A stretch of 64,000 nucleotides of DNA from Paecilomyces variotii (taxonomy: Eukaryota), in assembly GCA_004022145.1 (NCBI GenBank), contig RCNU01000002.1. One strand, given 5' to 3'. Shown here one piece after another: positions 59,956 to 64,000 of the stretch. The number at the start of each line of letters is the position of its first letter. The first letter of the stretch is position 1. A program made the position numbers and the translations under genes. The notes beneath the pieces were generated by a model. The model saw only the letters and a list, made by a program, of their open reading frames with translations, did not search any database and had not been told where the DNA came from.

Positions 59956-61755
59956 CTACAACTTCGCTTTCAGAAGCTCCTTCTTCGCCTGCTCCTTCAA
60001 GATCCGTCTCAGGATCTTACCGCTAGGGCTCTTGGGGATCTGGTCGACGAACCGGATTCCACCGCGCAACCGCTTGTGATACGCGACTTTCTGGTCCAGC
60101 CAGGCGCTGATATGCTCGGCTTCCTCCTCTGAGCTGATTCCCGCGTGGAGGCTCTTCGGACTCCGCACGATATAGGCGCGAGGGACTTCGCTGCCGTTGG
60201 CGTCGGTCTGGACACCGATGACAGCGACGTCGTCGACTGCCTCGTTGTCCATGAGGATACCTTCCAGCTCAGCGGGGGCCACTTGGAAGCCGTTGTATTT
60301 GATGAGTTCCTTGACACGGTCGGTGATGTAGAAGTTGCCGTCTTTGTCCTGGAAACCGACGTCGCCGGTGCGGAACCAGCCGTCGGGAGACAGACAGCCA
60401 GCCGTGGCCTGGGGGTTGTTGTGGTAGCCGAGGAAGACGTTGGGACCGCGCATGTAGAGTTCACCAACTTCGCCGACCTTGACTTCTTGCGGCTCGGACT
60501 CGTCTTCGGGCGATGTCATGTACTTGGCTTCGATGTTGGGGAGGAGTTTTCCGACAGAGCCGATGCTCTTGTCCCAGTCCTCCCAGGGCTGGGTGTGCGT
60601 CACGGGACTGGTCTCGCTGAGACCGTAGCCCTGCTTGACGCGGAGCTTGAGGCGACCCCAGACGACTTCGACGAGCTCGCGGGTAAGGGGAGCAGCGCCG
60701 CAGTTCATCATGCGGATACTGGAGAGGTCGTACTTGTCCACGATGGGGTGCTTGCCCAGCAAGACCACGACTGGTGGCGCGACGTACGTGAATGTGATAC
60801 GGTGCTTCTGAACGAGAGCGCACCATTTTTCGAGGTCGAACTTGGCCATGACCACCGCTTCGAATCCGGTATACATGGGCTGGTGGATGAGCATGTTCAA
60901 GCCTGCATATGGATCAGCACTAGACATTCAGGAGCATAATCGTGCGAAGGAGCCCGTCTTACCATAGATATGATAGAAGGGAAGAAACGCGAGAATGCGG
61001 TCACCACGGCCATCGGCGCCGCCGTTCCAGGTCAACTGGTTCCCTTCGCCGACTTGGCCCTGGAGGATGTTGGATACCAGGTTGCGGTGCGAGAGCATCA
61101 CACCCTTGGGCACACCGGTCGTACCAGACGAGTAGACCAGGAAGGCGAGGTCCTTAGAGGGGTTCACCTTCGTTCTGCGGTATTTGGCCGCACCCGAGAT
61201 GTTTCTGATGGACGTAAAGTGCTTGAACTTGGCCTGCGGATCCCGCTGGTCACCCAGGAGAATGATCCGATCCTCCGGGACTCCAGCTCGTTTGGCAGCC
61301 TCGCGGGCCACTGGCAGCAACGGGACCTGGGTAGCGAGCACCTTGGCTCCAGAGTTCTTCAACTGATACGCCAGTTCCTCCGGGGTATAGGCTGGGTTGG
61401 CCGGCGACACAACTCCGCCGGCCCATTGAGTGCCCCAGGTAATGGCAGGTGTATCGATGCAGTTGGGAGTGAAGAGCGCAAGGACATCTCCCTTTTTCCA
61501 GTTCCAGATTGATTTCAGCCCTTGTCCAAACGCCTCAGCGGCCTCTTTGGTCTGCTTGACCGAGTAGGTTCGGTCCGTATCCGCGTCCCGGAAGATTACT
61601 GCATTCGTGTTAATCCACGGCCCTCGAGTCCTCCATAGCGCAAGGGATCTCGTACCTTTGTCTTCTGGAAACGGTCTATCGGCCCTCTCAAAGAGAAAGG
61701 TCCAGAGATCGACATCGGGGATGTCAATCGGCGGATAAGTGGATTGGGCAGGCAT
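59956..61755 (-). CDS. Peroxisomal 4-coumarate/phenylacetyl-CoA ligase-like AMP-dependent ligase (3 exons)
   Basis: YSSGTTGVPKGV, QGYGLSET, RTGD, DRVKELIK and PKSPSGKILR motifs. C-terminal PTS1 AKL*. Confidence 0.93.
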
Positions 61756-62676
61756 GGCGTCGCTCGATCGCTCAATCGCTCTCACCGGGACTCTTTTAGC
61801 AGCAGGGTTTCTATAAAGTAAAACAACACAGAAATGAATTCAGACAAAGAAAAAGCAGTGCCAGGTGACGGACGCATGGCGTTTCTCCCCTGAGTTCAGA
61901 CCGGGGGACGCCGTTGAGCCCGTGAAACACTGGGGCAGCTTACCCAAGCTGGGGATGGCGGGCATGGGCCTCGGTACTGGCACGAGTCGACTCGGTTACT
62001 CCAATAATAATTAATCCCAGAGGAGTAAGACGGCTGAAGGATCAGATCTAGCGTCGAGGACAGAGACGTGGACGCCGCATCGACCAGTCAAGCCAGATGG
62101 CAGATGGCACAGTCTCGGTCCGAATCCGGGGAGAGAGCGGGCATCGTCGGTGATGCTTAACTTCTCCTCGGCTCGGGAGTGGATTATTTTATTATTATTA
62201 GTTAGGCGGAGTTTGTCAGTCAGCGCGGAATCGGATGGCTAAGTTAACTATGATTGACTGCGAATGAGAAGGAGATTATTAATTAATAAAGTTCTCGCGA
62301 GTTGAAGTGACAGATTCTTGTTGTTGAGGGACCAAACAGTCATTTCTCCTCTTCTTTCTCTTGCAGATAATTCCTCCATAATCCGTCTTGAAGGAGTACA
62401 GTACAATATCAACTCTACACTCCCTTGAGAGACAAGATTCCTCAGACTGGATTGCTCGAGATATCATACACTGTCAATGAAAATAATATACCATCCTTTC
62501 TATCGTCCATTCTAGTTCCAATTCTCTTTTCCTTTCGTTTAACTATCATTATTACCCCTCTTCTCTCCTCTCTTTTCTCTCTCTGCTGCATCTTTTGTGT
62601 CCGTCCCTTTTGGCGTTCCTCCGTCTCTCGCTTAACCCACCAATCAGGACTCCCGTACACAACACCTCCCTGGACA

Positions 62677-62888
62677 TATAAACCACTTTAAAGGTACAGC
62701 TATTGCCTTCGGGCATTTGGTCAATTTGAAACGATACAGAGAAGATTAGCATGGCCCCTGCACTAAGGATGACACGCTCAATCAAAGAGAAGCTACCAGT
62801 TTTTTTTTTTATTCTTTACAGATCAAAATTGGAGGTAGGAGTGCATGTCGCTTTCTATGGAGTGGAATGGCGGCTCGGGTTCGAAACG
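62677..62888 (+). promoter_or_regulatory. U6 Pol III promoter: TATA (62677), internal A box (about 62718) and downstream B box (62878-62888)
   Basis: TATAAA about 28 nt upstream of the gene, TGGTCAATTTG inside it, and GGTTCGAAACG about 70 nt after the terminator. Confidence 0.7.
62704..62805 (+). ncRNA. U6: U6 spliceosomal snRNA (intronless)
   Basis: 5' stem UGCC-UUCG-GGCA, ACAGAGA box, AGC triad and ISL (GAUUAGCAUGGCCCCUGCACUAAGGAUGACACGC), oligo-T terminator. Confidence 0.97.
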
Positions 62889-63241
62889 GCGGGTGGGAGA
62901 AAAGAATTCTTTTTTTTTACGCCAGATAGAGACGGGTGTACATGTACACTAATTAACTGACAACGCAGGGTAAATACACTGTCAGTAATTCATTTAGATG
63001 CTGAATGGGTCTTGGAGAGTTATCACTGAGCGCCACTATTTAATTGTGGTTTTCCATGTCCGCTTGATGTGAGAAATATGGTATATGTTATGCTATACAT
63101 ATTTGCCACTGTTGCCTCCGCACGCCTCTTCTACACGCAACTGCCAATATGTTTATCTCAAAAAAGTACTGGAAGTCCCAGAGAAGATTCAAAGACGGCC
63201 TTTCTATTCACTGCAGAAAACATTACAGAATCATCTACTAA

Positions 63242-64000
63242 CTAGTACTGCGTAATGCCCGCCTCCAATGCCTTGATCTGCAACGCCAACAACCGCGAGT
63301 AATACCTCGCCAGAGCCAAATTGCCTCCCATGAACCAGAACCCAGGGTGTCCGCTTCGTCTCCAGATAGTTCGCACCTCACCCTCCTCGTTGAAGCCCCA
63401 GACACTCCCAACTCGGTCGGCCACTTCGTCGCCAAAAATCAGCCGAGTCGTCGATTTCATGTTCTGATACCCCGTCGCGAAAACAATTTCGTCAGCTTCC
63501 AACTGCGACCCATCCGCGAACTGGAGGCCCGTTGGAATGACCTTGGTGATTTCCTGGCCTTGCTTGACCTTGATCTTTCCATCTGCGATCAGCTGGCTTG
63601 CGCCCACGTCGATGTAATAGCCACCGCCACGTTGGAGATATTTGATAAGAAGACCGGCGTCCATGGGGCCTTTGTCGACCTTGAAACCGGCCTTATCTAG
63701 TCCTTCGAGAAGCTTAGCATCATTCTGGCGCATCGCCTCCGTCAATTTGACCTGCAGTGTCTTGAACAGCTCTCCTGGGATACTCCAGAGATACAGATCC
63801 GCGTCCTCAGCCACCGGGCCGGACTCCTCGTACAGTCCCTTCAGGCCGATATTCGTAATCGAACCAGAGCTAGCGACGTATGTCGAGCTGCGCTGGACCA
63901 TGGTGACTTCGTATCCCTTCTCGTAGTAGTCTTGAGCAATGTCGTGGCCTGAATTGCACGACCCAACCACCACAGCTTTCTTCCCATTGGACTCGGGATT
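63242..64000 (-). CDS. Flavin-containing monooxygenase, C-terminal part (5' part outside window)
   Basis: KAVVVGSCNSGHDIAQD (NADPH binding), QRGGGYYIDVG, VFATGY and GFWFMGGNL. Confidence 0.92.
   Translation of the reverse strand, partial: NPESNGKKAVVVGSCNSGHDIAQDYYEKGYEVTMVQRSSTYVASSGSITNIGLKGLYEESGPVAEDADLYLWSIPGELFKTLQVKLTEAMRQNDAKLLEGLDKAGFKVDKGPMDAGLLIKYLQRGGGYYIDVGASQLIADGKIKVKQGQEITKVIPTGLQFADGSQLEADEIVFATGYQNMKSTTRLIFGDEVADRVGSVWGFNEEGEVRTIWRRSGHPGFWFMGGNLALARYYSRLLALQIKALEAGITQY

Overview
Gene-dense, intron-containing DNA from a filamentous ascomycete (Eurotiomycete/Aspergillus-like gene content and splice signals; organism inferred, not established). It holds about 24 protein-coding genes. 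From left to right: the tail of a PDR-type ABC transporter, a secreted SGNH/CE2-like esterase, an SH3BGR-like protein, RPE1, a GCK-III/MST-type kinase, a Ubx5-like protein, CDC6, an F-BAR-DEP-RhoGAP, an amino acid permease, LSM5 (six small exons, missed by the ORF track), a long 3'-5' exonuclease, PEX10, ERD1, a Csi2-like protein, a Voa1/Big1-like protein, RRP17, tropomyosin, a probable securin, sphingolipid C9-methyltransferase, a large glycine-zipper repeat membrane protein, a copper amine oxidase, a Zn2Cys6 factor, an SDR, a peroxisomal aryl-CoA ligase and a partial FMO. There is also a U6 snRNA gene. Most notable observations: (1) a ~1230-aa uncharacterised protein with 70-aa glycine-zipper repeats, Kex2-like sites and a half-degenerate cytochrome b561-like membrane domain; (2) a probable U2-type AT-AC intron; (3) a GC-AG intron with a competing frameshifting GT donor in RRP17; (4) cryptic or masked PTS1 signals in RPE1 and the amine oxidase; (5) an unexplained structured-RNA candidate near 26.9-27.06 kb. 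No CRISPR array, tRNA, rRNA or intact transposon was recognised. Exon boundaries were assigned by eye.
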